Counted from the stretch's first letter, positions 9,896 to 19,715 are shown. The stretch: 64,000 bases of DNA from Beijerinckiaceae bacterium (GCA_009773635.1 WSYC01000012.1:114030-178029); one strand, 5' to 3'. A program made the numbers and translations. Notes: generated by a model not told the origin, from the sequence alone.

Positions 9896-10714
9896 ATGAG
9901 GCTTGCATTCGCACGCATCCCGCTCGCACTGGCTGCCGCGGTCTATCTTGCGGCAGCGGGCTACATGGCGACCTTCCAGCGCAGCTTTCTCTACAAGCCC
10001 GCGCCAGCCTGGATCTCGCCGGAGAGCCAGAACATCCCGCGTGCCCTGCCCTACCGGCTCAAGCTCGTTGACGGCACGGTTCTCGCGGGCTGGCGCGTGC
10101 CCGCGACAAGGCCCGATGCCGTGACCTACCTCTATTTTCACGGCAATGCGAACGGACTTGACCGCCGCACCAGCCGCTTCCGGCTGATGACCGCCGATGG
10201 TTCGGGCCTCGTCGCGCTGTCGTATCGCGGGTACGGCAGCAGCGAGGGCGCGCCGACCGAGGCGCTGCTCCACGCCGATGCCGAGGCGATCTATGCGGAG
10301 ATCGCGAAAACAATACCGCCCGAGCGGATCGTGATTTTCGGTGAATCGCTGGGCACGGGTGTCGCGCTCAATCTCGCGCGCAAGGTGAAGGCGAAGGCCG
10401 TCATTCTCGACAGCCCCTATCTCTCCGTGCTGGCGCGCGGGCAGGCGGATTATCCTTGGCTACCGGTCTCGCTGCTGCTGATCGACCAGTTCCGCTCCGA
10501 TCTCTGGATCGGCGAGGCCAAAGCGCCGGTTCTCATCCTGCATGGCACCGCGGACCGGATCATCCCGCCCGATGATTCGGCAAAGCTGGCCGCGCTCGGC
10601 AGGCCGGGCGCTGTCACGCGCAAGCTCTACCCGGATCAGCCGCATGTCGTGCCCTACGACAAGGGCCCGGACCGCGATGTTCCGGCGTTTCTCGAAACTT
10701 TGGCGGTCCGCTGA
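9896..10714 (+). CDS. Alpha/beta hydrolase (BEM46/ABHD-like)
   Basis: N-terminal TM, YFHGNA, YRGYG.S.G.P, nucleophile motif GESLG, HGTAD. Confidence 0.88.
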   Translation: MRLAFARIPLALAAAVYLAAAGYMATFQRSFLYKPAPAWISPESQNIPRALPYRLKLVDGTVLAGWRVPATRPDAVTYLYFHGNANGLDRRTSRFRLMTADGSGLVALSYRGYGSSEGAPTEALLHADAEAIYAEIAKTIPPERIVIFGESLGTGVALNLARKVKAKAVILDSPYLSVLARGQADYPWLPVSLLLIDQFRSDLWIGEAKAPVLILHGTADRIIPPDDSAKLAALGRPGAVTRKLYPDQPHVVPYDKGPDRDVPAFLETLAVR

Positions 10715-11205
10715 TGGCCGGTCCCGACGTAACCCTGCGCGACTACTCCCGCGAGACGGACTTCGAGGCCGTTGTCGCGCTCCATCAGGAGCTGAACCGC
10801 GTCGAAGCCGACCTTGGTGCGATGCGCGACGCCCGCCATGAGGCGGCCATCGCCTGTCTGCACGAGGATACCCGCGCCATCCGCAGTGCGCGCGGCGAGC
10901 AGCTCGTGGCCATCGTCAATGACGAAATCGTCGGCTATGTCGCGCTTGAACTCTCCGAATTCGGCGCTTTCGTGCCGCCACCGATGCAGGCGCATGTCCA
11001 CATCAAGAACCTCGTAGTCGCCCCCACGCATCGGCGGTTGGGGATCGGCGCGCTGTTCCTGCAGCGGGCGGAAGAGCTGGCAAGACTGCATGATCGCCGT
11101 CTGGTGACGCTCAGCTTCGTCGCGGGGAATGCGATCGCGGAAGCCGCCTATACGCGCGCAGGCTTCCGCCCGGTCGCGATCGAGATGGCCAAAATCATCG
11201 AGTGA
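10714..11205 (+). CDS. GNAT family N-acetyltransferase
   Basis: Acetyl-CoA motif VAPTHRRLGIGALFL; N..A...Y...GF. Confidence 0.85.
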   Translation: MAGPDVTLRDYSRETDFEAVVALHQELNRVEADLGAMRDARHEAAIACLHEDTRAIRSARGEQLVAIVNDEIVGYVALELSEFGAFVPPPMQAHVHIKNLVVAPTHRRLGIGALFLQRAEELARLHDRRLVTLSFVAGNAIAEAAYTRAGFRPVAIEMAKIIE

Positions 11206-11235
11206 TCGATCGGGTCGGGTGCGGAACAGTCCGCC

Positions 11236-12123
11236 TCAGAACAACCCGCCGCCGCGCGAGCCTGAAAGCCCCTGCTTCGCGATGCGATTGCCATTGTCGA
11301 TCGCGAGTGCGCGCTGGAAGCTTTCCTGCGCCTCGGTCTTCTTGCCAGCCCGGTCCATGGCGATGCCGCGCAGGGCCCAGCTGTCGGCGCTGCGATTGTC
11401 GACATTGAGCGCCGCGTTGAAATCCTCGATCGCCGCATCGAACTTGCCGATGGCGATCAGGCTTTGCCCGCGCGCCTGATACGGTGGCGCGACGTAAGGA
11501 TTGCGGTCGATCGCGGCATCAAAATCGCCAATCGCGAGGGGATGCTGGCCCTGCGCCTGATAGACGAGTCCGCGCCCGTGGTAGGCTTCAGCTCCCGATG
11601 GATTGAGCTGCACGACACGGCCGAGATCGGCGATCGCTTCCGCGAGGTTACCCTGCGCACGGTAGAGATTGCCGCGCCCGAGATAGGCCGGGTGATAATT
11701 GGGTTCTGCTGTCAGCGCGCGGTTGAAATCCGACAGTGCCGCATCGTTGCGACCAATCTGCCGGAAGGCGAGTGCCCGGTTGGTATAGGCGGCGGCATAG
11801 TTCGCATTGAGCTGGATCGCGCGGTTGAAATCGGCGATCGCCTCCTGGAACTTGCCGGACTTCGCCAGCGCGACGCCGCGCGTATTATAAGCCTGTGGAT
11901 CGTTCGGATTGGCACTGATCACGCCGGAGAGCGAGCCGATGTTGGTCTGCGATGCCTGAAGGGCTGCGGCATCATCGACCTCGGCGATCCCCGTGGGGTT
12001 CAGCCCGCCAACGGTTTCGCATGCAGCAAGGCCGGTCGCGAGCGTTGCCACAACGACAAGGGCCCGGATTGATGTCGACGCGTCCCGCCGTCCGGCCGAC
12101 GCCACAAATCCATCACGGATCAT
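11236..12123 (-). CDS. Tetratricopeptide-repeat lipoprotein
   Basis: Lipobox LAAC followed by about 6-7 TPR repeats (AY.NRA/G...A..DF..A+). ATG at 12123 is preferred. Confidence 0.88.
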   Translation of the reverse strand: MIRDGFVASAGRRDASTSIRALVVVATLATGLAACETVGGLNPTGIAEVDDAAALQASQTNIGSLSGVISANPNDPQAYNTRGVALAKSGKFQEAIADFNRAIQLNANYAAAYTNRALAFRQIGRNDAALSDFNRALTAEPNYHPAYLGRGNLYRAQGNLAEAIADLGRVVQLNPSGAEAYHGRGLVYQAQGQHPLAIGDFDAAIDRNPYVAPPYQARGQSLIAIGKFDAAIEDFNAALNVDNRSADSWALRGIAMDRAGKKTEAQESFQRALAIDNGNRIAKQGLSGSRGGGLF

Positions 12124-12247
12124 CAAAACAGCCCTTCTTCTCGCCAACGCCCTGGGAACACGCTCGATTGCACGCATTCCTGCCACGGCTACCGCACGAT
12201 TGCAGCGAAAACTTGCTGCAGCATTACCGCGACCACATTCTGAATAC

Positions 12248-12277
12248 AAAAAAGCGCCCGAAAAGACGAGCGCTTTC
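12248..12277 (-). terminator. Rho-independent terminator of rpsU
   Basis: Minus strand aaagcgctcg-tcttt-tcgggcgct followed by a T-run. Confidence 0.65.
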
Positions 12278-12314
12278 GCATGCCTGCCTGCTTCCGACCC
12301 GAGGCCGGCACAAA

Positions 12315-12356
12315 CCGACCCTTACTTGCCGACCCTTACTTGCCGACCCTTACTTG
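12315..12356. repeat. 3 x 14-bp perfect tandem repeat (ccgacccttacttg) overlapping the rpsU stop codon
   Basis: Units start at 12315, 12329 and 12343; a further ccgaccc lies at 12294. Confidence 0.95.
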
Positions 12357-12580
12357 ACCTTCTTGACCGGCATCGGCAGCAGGCCTTCGCGCTGAAGCTT
12401 CTTGCGATGCAGCTTGCGGGCGCGACGCACGGCTTCCGCATCCTCGCGGGCGCGCTTCTCGGACGGCTTCTCGTAGTGGCCGCGCAGCTTCATCTCGCGG
12501 AAAATACCTTCGCGCTGCATCTTCTTCTTCAGCGCACGCAAGGCTTGATCGACATTGTTATCGCGGACGAGGACCTGCAA
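12350..12580 (-). CDS. rpsU: 30S ribosomal protein S21
   Basis: [25 protein letters not shown]...YEKPSEKR; TTG start. Confidence 0.98.
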   Translation of the reverse strand: MQVLVRDNNVDQALRALKKKMQREGIFREMKLRGHYEKPSEKRAREDAEAVRRARKLHRKKLQREGLLPMPVKKVK

Positions 12581-12648
12581 CGTTGGCTCCGATGGATCTT
12601 ATGACAGGAAAACTGGCTGCCCCACGCGAGGCACCCCCGAAGTGCGCG

Positions 12649-12677
12649 CGTATATCAAATCCGAAATTGCTTGTCTA
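12649..12677 (-). promoter_or_regulatory. Sigma70-type promoter of rpsU
   Basis: TAGACA-17 nt-TATACG on the minus strand, about 70 nt upstream of the start. Confidence 0.55.
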
Positions 12678-12743
12678 TCTGCTGAAACGTCGAATTTGGC
12701 GCTTTTCCGGCTGAAAACCGCACATCATCGCCCGCGGGCCACA

Positions 12744-13814
12744 CTACAGAAGCCGGTTGACATGGCCCATCTTGCGGCCATCCCGCATTTCGGTCTTGCC
12801 GTAAAGATGCAGATGCGCGCGCCCGTCAGCGAGAATCTCATGCCAGCGTGCCGCGTCCGATCCGATCAGGTTGATCATCTCGACCGACCCCAGGCGCGTG
12901 GTATCGCCCAGCGGCCAGCCGGCAACGGCCCGGATATGCTGCTCGAACTGGCAGGTGAAGGCGCCGTCCATCGTCCAGTGGCCGGAATTGTGCACACGCG
13001 GCGCGATTTCGTTGACGATGACTTGCCCGGCTTCGTCGACCAGGAAGAATTCGACCGCAAACGTCCCGACATAGTCGAGCGCCTCGGCAATCTTCCGCGC
13101 GGTTGCAATGGCCTCGCGCGCGGCCGTCCCCGAAATCGTCGCCGGCACCACCGAGCGATGCAGGATGTGGTTACGATGTTCGTTCTCGGTGACATCGAAG
13201 GCCGCAAAGGCGCCCTCCACACCGCGCGTCGCGACAACCGAAACCTCGCGATCAAACCGCACAAAGCTTTCAAGAATGCCCTGCTGCCCGCGCAGGATCG
13301 CAAATGCGGCGGCGATTTCGGCGGCAGTCAGGATTTTTGCCTGCCCCTTGCCATCATAGCCGAAGCGGTTGGTTTTCAAGACCGCCGGCAGGCCGATCCG
13401 GTCAATGGCGGCTTTCAGATCATCGAGCGAATTGACCTCGGCGAAATCGGCTGTCCGCGCCCCGAGCGCGCGTGCAAGGCGTTTTTCGGCGAGGCGATCC
13501 TGCGTCACCTCCAGCGCCTTTGACCCCGGACGCACAGGTCTCAGGCCCTCCAGAAACCGCACGGTTTCCACCGGCACGTTCTCGAATTCGTAGGTGATGG
13601 CGGAAACGGAGGCGGAAAAAGCCGCCAGCGCGGCTTCATCGCGGTAGTCGCCGAGGGTCGCGCGGGTGGAAACCGAAAACGCCGGGCTATCCGCCTCCGG
13701 CGCGAAAATATGGCAGGAAAGCCCCAGTCGCGCCGCCGCCAGCGCCAGCATACGGGCCAATTGGCCGCCGCCGAGAATACCGATGGTCTCGCCGGGAGAA
13801 AGCCTGTCGTTCAT
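12744..13814 (-). CDS. purK: N5-carboxyaminoimidazole ribonucleotide synthase
   Basis: GILGGGQLARML, GYDGKGQ, NEIAPRVHNSGHWT, RKMGH. Confidence 0.97.
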   Translation of the reverse strand: MNDRLSPGETIGILGGGQLARMLALAAARLGLSCHIFAPEADSPAFSVSTRATLGDYRDEAALAAFSASVSAITYEFENVPVETVRFLEGLRPVRPGSKALEVTQDRLAEKRLARALGARTADFAEVNSLDDLKAAIDRIGLPAVLKTNRFGYDGKGQAKILTAAEIAAAFAILRGQQGILESFVRFDREVSVVATRGVEGAFAAFDVTENEHRNHILHRSVVPATISGTAAREAIATARKIAEALDYVGTFAVEFFLVDEAGQVIVNEIAPRVHNSGHWTMDGAFTCQFEQHIRAVAGWPLGDTTRLGSVEMINLIGSDAARWHEILADGRAHLHLYGKTEMRDGRKMGHVNRLL

Positions 13815-14302
13815 CAGGCGCCGTCGACCGGGATATCCGCCACGGAAGCGGTCTGTTTCGCGCGCCAGGCCTCAAGACGGTCCATCAGCCCGACGTCGTT
13901 CAGCGCCAGGATCGAGGCTGCGAGCAGCCCGGCGTTGATGGCGCCGGCCTTGCCGATCGCCAACGTGCCGACGGGAATCCCGCCCGGCATCTGCACGATC
14001 GAGAGCAGCGAATCCTGCCCCGAAAGCGCTTTGGATTCAACGGGAACGCCGAGAACCGGCAGGCTTGTCATCGAGGCTGTCATGCCCGGCAGATGCGCCG
14101 CACCACCAGCACCGGCAATGATCACCTTGAAGCCCGCAGCACGTGCACTCTTGGCGAACGTATAGAGCCGCTCCGGCGTGCGGTGCGCGGAAATGATCCG
14201 GTCCGCATGGGCAACACCGAGCGCATCGAGCACCTCGGCGGCGTGTCGCATCGTCGGCCAATCGGATTGGCTGCCCATGATGATCGCAACGGAAGGCTTC
14301 AC
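13814..14302 (-). CDS. purE: N5-CAIR mutase
   Basis: [37 protein letters not shown]; GTG start at 14302 after GGAGG. Confidence 0.97.
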   Translation of the reverse strand: MKPSVAIIMGSQSDWPTMRHAAEVLDALGVAHADRIISAHRTPERLYTFAKSARAAGFKVIIAGAGGAAHLPGMTASMTSLPVLGVPVESKALSGQDSLLSIVQMPGGIPVGTLAIGKAGAINAGLLAASILALNDVGLMDRLEAWRAKQTASVADIPVDGA

Positions 14303-14419
14303 CCCGACCTCCAGTTCACCGCATTCCCCGAAAAACAGCCATTGCCCGCCGGGGTCTTGATGAAGGGTCAGCGCATTAGGCGAAGCCAGCGAGATTGGCA
14401 AGCAGAATGATGGTTCATC

Positions 14420-14638
14420 TCAGGCGATGATATCCGGTGTCAGCCGATCAGAGACCGCTGCAACGCGATCACGCAGGAAGAGTTTGCGCTTCTTGAGCCG
14501 CTGGATTTGCAGCTGGTCGAAGGAGCCGAGCTGTTCGAGCGCTGCGATCGCGGCATCGAGATCGCGATGCTCGATATTGAGCCGGTGCAACTCCGCTTCC
14601 AGCGCCTGACGCTCTTCGTCCGACACCTGAACCCGCAT
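14420..14638 (-). CDS. DUF465/YdcH family small coiled-coil protein
   Basis: EHRDLD..I...RLKKRKLFLRD. Confidence 0.85.
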   Translation of the reverse strand: MRVQVSDEERQALEAELHRLNIEHRDLDAAIAALEQLGSFDQLQIQRLKKRKLFLRDRVAAVSDRLTPDIIA

Positions 14639-14729
14639 CTTTTTCCTCGCTACCCGATCAATATTCAGATGGTGCGAATTCTAGCAGATTTCGCGGCCCG
14701 AGCACCCACGCAACGCAGCATGAAACGCG

Positions 14730-14745
14730 TTAACCCTTCGCTAAC
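14730..14745 (+). promoter_or_regulatory. Near-consensus CtrA box between the divergent DUF465 genes
   Basis: TTAA-cccttcg-CTAAC, one mismatch. Confidence 0.45.
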
Positions 14746-14856
14746 GGCGTTGTCCACAGCCGAATACGGAAGATGCGCCGCCTCACTTTTGGACTTGTGC
14801 CCCCCATGGTTTGTGACACACTCAAGATCCTGACACTGGGAACGGAGGTTTCTGCG

Positions 14857-15051
14857 ATGTCGATGACGGCGCATATTGCCGAACTGGAGCGCAAACATCA
14901 GGCGCTCGATAAACGTATCGCCGACGAATTGGCGCACCCCAACAAAGATACCGTGCGAATCGCTGCCCTGAAGCGACAGAAGCTCGTCCTGAAGGATGAA
15001 ATCCTGCGCCTGCGGGAAGCCCCGGGTACAGGCAAGCCTTCCTTGCACTGA
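14857..15051 (+). CDS. DUF465/YdcH family small coiled-coil protein
   Basis: HIAELERKHQALDKRI...LKRQKLVLKDEI; GGAGG RBS before ATG 14857. Confidence 0.87.
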   Translation: MSMTAHIAELERKHQALDKRIADELAHPNKDTVRIAALKRQKLVLKDEILRLREAPGTGKPSLH

Positions 15052-15120
15052 GGCTCGACAGCGGAGAACGACGGCTCTTGCCTTCAGAGGGCCTGTCGGG
15101 CGCCAAAATGCCTCGGATAC

Positions 15121-15151
15121 AAAAACGCCGCCTTCAGAACGAAGACGGCGC
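15121..15151. terminator. Terminator hairpin between convergent genes
   Basis: cgccgccttc-agaac-gaagacggcg with an A-run on the left, which is a T-run on the minus strand. Confidence 0.6.
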
Positions 15152-15194
15152 ATTGTGTGGTTTCGCCCTGGATTGTAAGCGGGCTCTGACTGCG

Positions 15195-15563
15195 TCAGGT
15201 CAAGGCGCGTTCGACCTGCGCAACGATTGCGATCGGGCCGAAGAAGAAGGCCTGACGAACCGGCTTGCCGAGATGATCGGCCTCGGCGCCCGCCTGCATG
15301 ACCGGCTTGCCCAGATGATCCGACTCGGCGCCAGCCTGCATGACCGGCTTGCCCAGATGATCCGACTCGGCGCCAGCCGAACGAACCGGCTTGCCCAGAT
15401 GGTCGGCCTCGGCGCCCGCCTGCATGACCGGCTTGCCGAAATGATCCGACTCGGCGCCCGACTGCATAACCGGCTTGCCGGCATGTGTGGTATCGGGGGC
15501 AGCGGCAATGGTGGTGACGGCGAGCGCCGCAGCAAAGGCGGTGCCCAGCAAAATCTTGTTCAT
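15195..15563 (-). CDS. Secreted hypothetical protein with 14-aa tandem repeats (HLGKPVMQAGAESD)
   Basis: RBS CAGGAG, Sec-type signal MNKILLGTAFAAALAVTTIAAA, five full repeats plus one partial, hydrophobic C-terminal tail; 122 aa. Confidence 0.8.
   Translation of the reverse strand: MNKILLGTAFAAALAVTTIAAAPDTTHAGKPVMQSGAESDHFGKPVMQAGAEADHLGKPVRSAGAESDHLGKPVMQAGAESDHLGKPVMQAGAEADHLGKPVRQAFFFGPIAIVAQVERALT
15259..15486. repeat. 42-bp coding tandem repeat array (about 5.4 copies)
   Basis: accggcttgcc recurs at 15259, 15301, 15343, 15385, 15427 and 15469, an exact 42-nt period. Confidence 0.95.
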
Positions 15564-15800
15564 GGTCTTCTCCTGTGATTGCTTGACGGGAAGGCCGTTT
15601 CCCGTTGCCGGAGCAACGCGCCATCCGTCATTCGATGGATGGAATCTAGGGAGAGGTGGCGTCACATGCCAATCAACAGGGGGTGTCAACTCGCTCACGA
15701 AAGCATCGGCAAACGTGAGCCATCATCACGCGTCGGTGAAGAAGACCGCGCATCCAATTGCCACAATCGGGGGTAACGCGCGCCCTGCCTGCCGCTGGCC

Positions 15801-17447
15801 TCATTCGAGGCGTTTTGCCAGATCGCGCAGGACGTATTTCTGGACCTTGCCGGTCGAGGTCTTCGGGAGATCGCAGAATACCACCGTGCGCGGCACCTTG
15901 AACGCAGCAAGATGCTGGCGGGCATAGGTGACGATCTCGGCCTGCGAAACCGTGGTACCCGGCTTCAACTCGATGAAGGCGCAGGGGTGCTCGCCCCATT
16001 TTTCATCAGGCCGCGCGACCACCGCCACCAGCATCACCGCCGGATGCTTGAAGAGCACATCCTCCACCTCGATCGAGGAGATGTTTTCACCGCCGGAGAT
16101 GATGACGTCCTTCGAGCGGTCCTTGAGCTGGATATAACCATCGGGGTGCATCACCGCGAGATCGCCCGAATGGAACCAGCCACCGGCAAAAGCCTCCTCG
16201 CTCGCTTTCGGGTTCTTGAGATAGCCTTTCATCACGATGTTGCCCCGGAACATCACTTCGCCCATCGTCTGCCCGTCCCAGGGCACGGGGTGCATGGTTT
16301 CGGGGTCGAGCACATCGAGGTCTTCGAGGCCTGGGTAATTCACGCCCTGTCGCGCCATGCGCGGCCCGCGCTCCGCCTCCGGCAGGCTGTCCCAATCGTC
16401 CTTCCAGTCGTTGACGACGGCCGGACCATACGTTTCGGTGAGGCCATAGACGTGAACGACATCGAAGCCGGCACCCTTCATCGCCGCGAGCACGGATTCG
16501 GGCGGCGGCGCAGCCGCTGTGATGAACTTCACACGGTGGGTGAAGGCGGACTTGTCCGCCTCCTGCGCGTTCAGCAGCGTCGACATGACAATCGGCGCGC
16601 CACACAGATGCGTGACGCCATGCGTCGTTATCGCGTCGAAGATCGCCTTCGCCCGCACGTGGCGGAGGCAGACATGCGTGCCCCCCACGGCGGAGAGCGT
16701 CCAGGGGAAGCACCAGCCGTTGCAATGGAACATCGGCAGCGTCCAGAGGTAGATCGGGTGCTTGCCGATGTCGGTCGCGAGGCTGTTGGCGAAACACATC
16801 AGATAGGCCGAGCGGTGCGAATAGACGACGCCCTTCGGATTGCCTGTGGTGCCGGAGGTATAGTTGAGCGCGATAGCATCCCATTCATCATCGGGTCGTG
16901 TAAAACGGGCATCAAGATCGCCCGTGGCCCGGAACGTGTCGGCTTCTTCCAGGAACAGGGCGACAGGCGCGGCGGGACTTCCTGCCTCTTTCCATTCGCC
17001 ATCCCGGAATTCGATGACGCGTGGCGGATTGGCCATGCCGTCAAGCGCCACCTTGAGCAGCCCGGAGAACTCGGTATCGACAAACACGAGTTTGGCTTCG
17101 CCGTGTTCGAGAATGAATCGCACCATGGGCGCGTCGAGCCGGGTGTTGATGGTGTTGAGAACTCCGGCTGTCATCGGCACGGCGTAGTGAAGCTCGAGCA
17201 TCAGCGGGATATTGGGGAGCAGCGCCGCCACCGTATCGCCCTTGCCGATTCCTGCCTTGCGAAGCGCGGAGGCCATCCGGCGGCTGCGGGCATAGAGTTC
17301 GCCGTAGAGGATGCGCTCATCGCCATGGATGACGGCCAACCGCTCCGGGAAGGCCTTGGCTGCGCGTTCCAGGAACGAGAGCGGGGTCAGCGGCTGGAAA
17401 TTGGCCATTCGCCGGTCAAGATCACGTTCGTATTGCGTGGTGGCCAT
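15801..17447 (-). CDS. Acyl-CoA synthetase (AMP-forming, medium-chain/DmdB-like)
   Basis: NYTSGTTGNPKG, LPMFHCNGW, YGLTET, SGDL...DR.KDVIISGGENI; ATG at 17447. Confidence 0.93.
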   Translation of the reverse strand: MATTQYERDLDRRMANFQPLTPLSFLERAAKAFPERLAVIHGDERILYGELYARSRRMASALRKAGIGKGDTVAALLPNIPLMLELHYAVPMTAGVLNTINTRLDAPMVRFILEHGEAKLVFVDTEFSGLLKVALDGMANPPRVIEFRDGEWKEAGSPAAPVALFLEEADTFRATGDLDARFTRPDDEWDAIALNYTSGTTGNPKGVVYSHRSAYLMCFANSLATDIGKHPIYLWTLPMFHCNGWCFPWTLSAVGGTHVCLRHVRAKAIFDAITTHGVTHLCGAPIVMSTLLNAQEADKSAFTHRVKFITAAAPPPESVLAAMKGAGFDVVHVYGLTETYGPAVVNDWKDDWDSLPEAERGPRMARQGVNYPGLEDLDVLDPETMHPVPWDGQTMGEVMFRGNIVMKGYLKNPKASEEAFAGGWFHSGDLAVMHPDGYIQLKDRSKDVIISGGENISSIEVEDVLFKHPAVMLVAVVARPDEKWGEHPCAFIELKPGTTVSQAEIVTYARQHLAAFKVPRTVVFCDLPKTSTGKVQKYVLRDLAKRLE

Positions 17448-17643
17448 GGGTTTCTCCCGGTAAAATTTCTTGGTGCGAACCGCACGATAAACAACAGCCT
17501 TCGCGTATGAAGGCAACAAAGTCTCGCTCAACCGGGCTTTGAGCACAAGATTGCCTGAATTACGGGTTCGATTTGATTGACTCAGGGGCGCTTGCTGGTA
17601 ACGAAGGCGCGAACAGACCCTGGCTCCTGAGAATAGGAATTAC

Positions 17644-19626
17644 ATGCTCGATCGCGCTATGCATGACGCGATGGCCAATGCCATTCGCGCGCTCTCCATG
17701 GATGCGGTGGAAGCCGCGAAATCCGGTCACCCCGGCCTGCCGATGGGCGCGGCCGATATCGCGACGGTGCTGTTCCGCGATCATCTGAAATACGATCCCG
17801 CCGATCCCAAGTGGCCGGACCGCGATCGCTTCATCCTCTCCGCCGGCCATGGCTCGATGCTGCTCTATTCGGTGCTGCATCTCATCGGCGTGAAGGGTGT
17901 CAGCCTCGATGACATCAAGGCCTTCCGCCAGCTCGGCTCGAAAACGCCGGGCCACCCGGAATTCGGCCACACCGAGGGCGTCGAGACCACCACCGGCCCG
18001 CTCGGGCAGGGCCTTGCGATGAGCGTCGGCTTCGCGCTCGGCGAACGCCTGCTGGCACACCGCTTCGGCAAGCTCGTCGACCACATGACCTATGTGCTCG
18101 CCTCCGACGGCGACCTGATGGAAGGCATTTCACAGGAAGCCATCACGCTCGCCGGCCACCTCAAGCTCAACAAGCTCGTCGTGCTCTGGGACGACAACGG
18201 CATCTCGATCGATGGGCCGCTCTCGGTTTCCGACACCACTGACCAGCTCAAGCGCTTCGAGAGCGCCGGATGGGCCGCCAGCCGCGTCGATGGGCATGAT
18301 CCGGTCGCGATTTCCAAAGCCATCGAGGCCGCGAAGAAATCCGACAAGCCGGTGCTGATCGCCTGCGTCACCACCATCGGTTACGGCTCGCCCAACAAGG
18401 CGGGCAAGTCCTCCTCGCACGGCTCGCCGCTCGGAGCGGATGAACTCAAGGCGACCAAGGAGAAGCTCGGCTGGAAACATGGGCCGTTCGAGATCCCGGC
18501 GGATATCCGCGCGCTCTGGGGCGCGACGGCGAAGCGCGGCGCTCAAGCCCGCGCCGAATGGCTCAAGCGGCTTGAGGCCAAGCCGAAGACGAAGGCGGCC
18601 TTCGAGGCTGCGCTCTCCGGCGATCTGCCGAAGGCCTACACCAAGGCGATGAAGGCGCTCAAGCTTGATGCCGCCGCCAAGCCGCAGGAGATCGCGACGC
18701 GCCGTGCCGGCGAAATCACGCTGGAGCATATCTCGCCGGTGCTGCCTGAACTCATTTCCGGCTCTGCCGATCTCACGGGGTCGAACAACACCAAGACCAA
18801 GGACATGGGCATCGTCAAACCCGGCGATTTCTCGGGTCGCTTCATCCACTACGGCATCCGCGAGCACGCGATGGCTGCCGCGATGAACGGCATGGCGCTG
18901 CACGGAGGCCTCATTCCGGCTTCCGGCACCTTCCTCGTGTTCTCGGATTACTGCCGCCCCTCGATCCGCCTCTCGGCGCTGATGAACCAGCGTGTCGTTT
19001 ACGTGATGACGCATGATTCGATCGGCGTCGGCGAAGATGGCCCGACGCATCAGCCGGTGGAGCATGTCGCCGCGCTGCGCGCCATCCCGAACTGCGATGT
19101 CTTCCGCCCTTGCGACCTCACCGAGACCGCGGAAAGCTGGGATTGCGCGCTTCAGAACAAGTCCGGCCCGTCCGTTCTGGCCCTCACCCGCCAGAACCTG
19201 CCGCAGCTCCGCAAGGATGCCGGCACGAAGAACCTCACGGCATCAGGCGCCTACGAGCTTCTCGGCGCCGATGGTCGGGCAGAGGTGACGATCTTCGCTT
19301 CGGGCTCGGAAGTCAGCCTCGCGGTGAAAGCGCGCTCCATGCTGCTGGCGGAAGGCATTCTTGCCCGCGTCGTCTCGGTGCCGTCGATCGACCGCTTTCT
19401 GGCGCAGCTGGAAACCTATCGCAAGAAGGTGATCGGCCGTCCGAAGGTGAAGATCGCGATTGAAGCGGGCATCCGCCTTGGCTGGGATGCGATCATCGGC
19501 GCTGATGGCACCTTCATCGGCATGGAAGGCTTCGGCGCGTCCGGCCCGGCTGGCAAGGTTTACCAACACTTCGGAATTACCGCCGAAGCGGTGGTTGCAG
19601 CGGCTAAAGGAAAGCTGAAGCGCTGA
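17644..19626 (+). CDS. tkt: Transketolase
   Basis: [50 protein letters not shown]. Confidence 0.98.
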   Translation: MLDRAMHDAMANAIRALSMDAVEAAKSGHPGLPMGAADIATVLFRDHLKYDPADPKWPDRDRFILSAGHGSMLLYSVLHLIGVKGVSLDDIKAFRQLGSKTPGHPEFGHTEGVETTTGPLGQGLAMSVGFALGERLLAHRFGKLVDHMTYVLASDGDLMEGISQEAITLAGHLKLNKLVVLWDDNGISIDGPLSVSDTTDQLKRFESAGWAASRVDGHDPVAISKAIEAAKKSDKPVLIACVTTIGYGSPNKAGKSSSHGSPLGADELKATKEKLGWKHGPFEIPADIRALWGATAKRGAQARAEWLKRLEAKPKTKAAFEAALSGDLPKAYTKAMKALKLDAAAKPQEIATRRAGEITLEHISPVLPELISGSADLTGSNNTKTKDMGIVKPGDFSGRFIHYGIREHAMAAAMNGMALHGGLIPASGTFLVFSDYCRPSIRLSALMNQRVVYVMTHDSIGVGEDGPTHQPVEHVAALRAIPNCDVFRPCDLTETAESWDCALQNKSGPSVLALTRQNLPQLRKDAGTKNLTASGAYELLGADGRAEVTIFASGSEVSLAVKARSMLLAEGILARVVSVPSIDRFLAQLETYRKKVIGRPKVKIAIEAGIRLGWDAIIGADGTFIGMEGFGASGPAGKVYQHFGITAEAVVAAAKGKLKR

Positions 19627-19715
19627 GGCTTTTAGCAACGGTTCAGGTTCGGGCCTTTATTCGGCCCAAAGTTTGTTGATATCGGGTCCGGCGGGTGCCG
19701 GCTAAGGAGAGAGAC

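Noticed and set aside
12744-13814. purK as the ATP-grasp maturase for the repeat peptide
   Set aside because: It carries all PurK signatures, is coupled to purE and is separated from the repeat gene by two other genes and a terminator.
15259-15486. 42-bp periodic repeats as a CRISPR array
   Set aside because: The units are contiguous with no unique spacers, keep a reading frame (14 aa) and have no cas genes nearby; this is a coding tandem repeat.
15078-15578. Plus-strand repeat ORF (LHDRLAQMIRLGA...) as the real gene
   Set aside because: It is the antisense shadow; the minus-strand frame has the RBS, signal peptide and terminator.
17529-17548. Shared operator upstream of both acyl-CoA ligases (caacc..ggg..tttgagcacaa versus 35186-35210 caacc..ggg-tttgaacaaaa)
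   Set aside because: Short, gapped and non-palindromic; two instances are not enough to support a motif.
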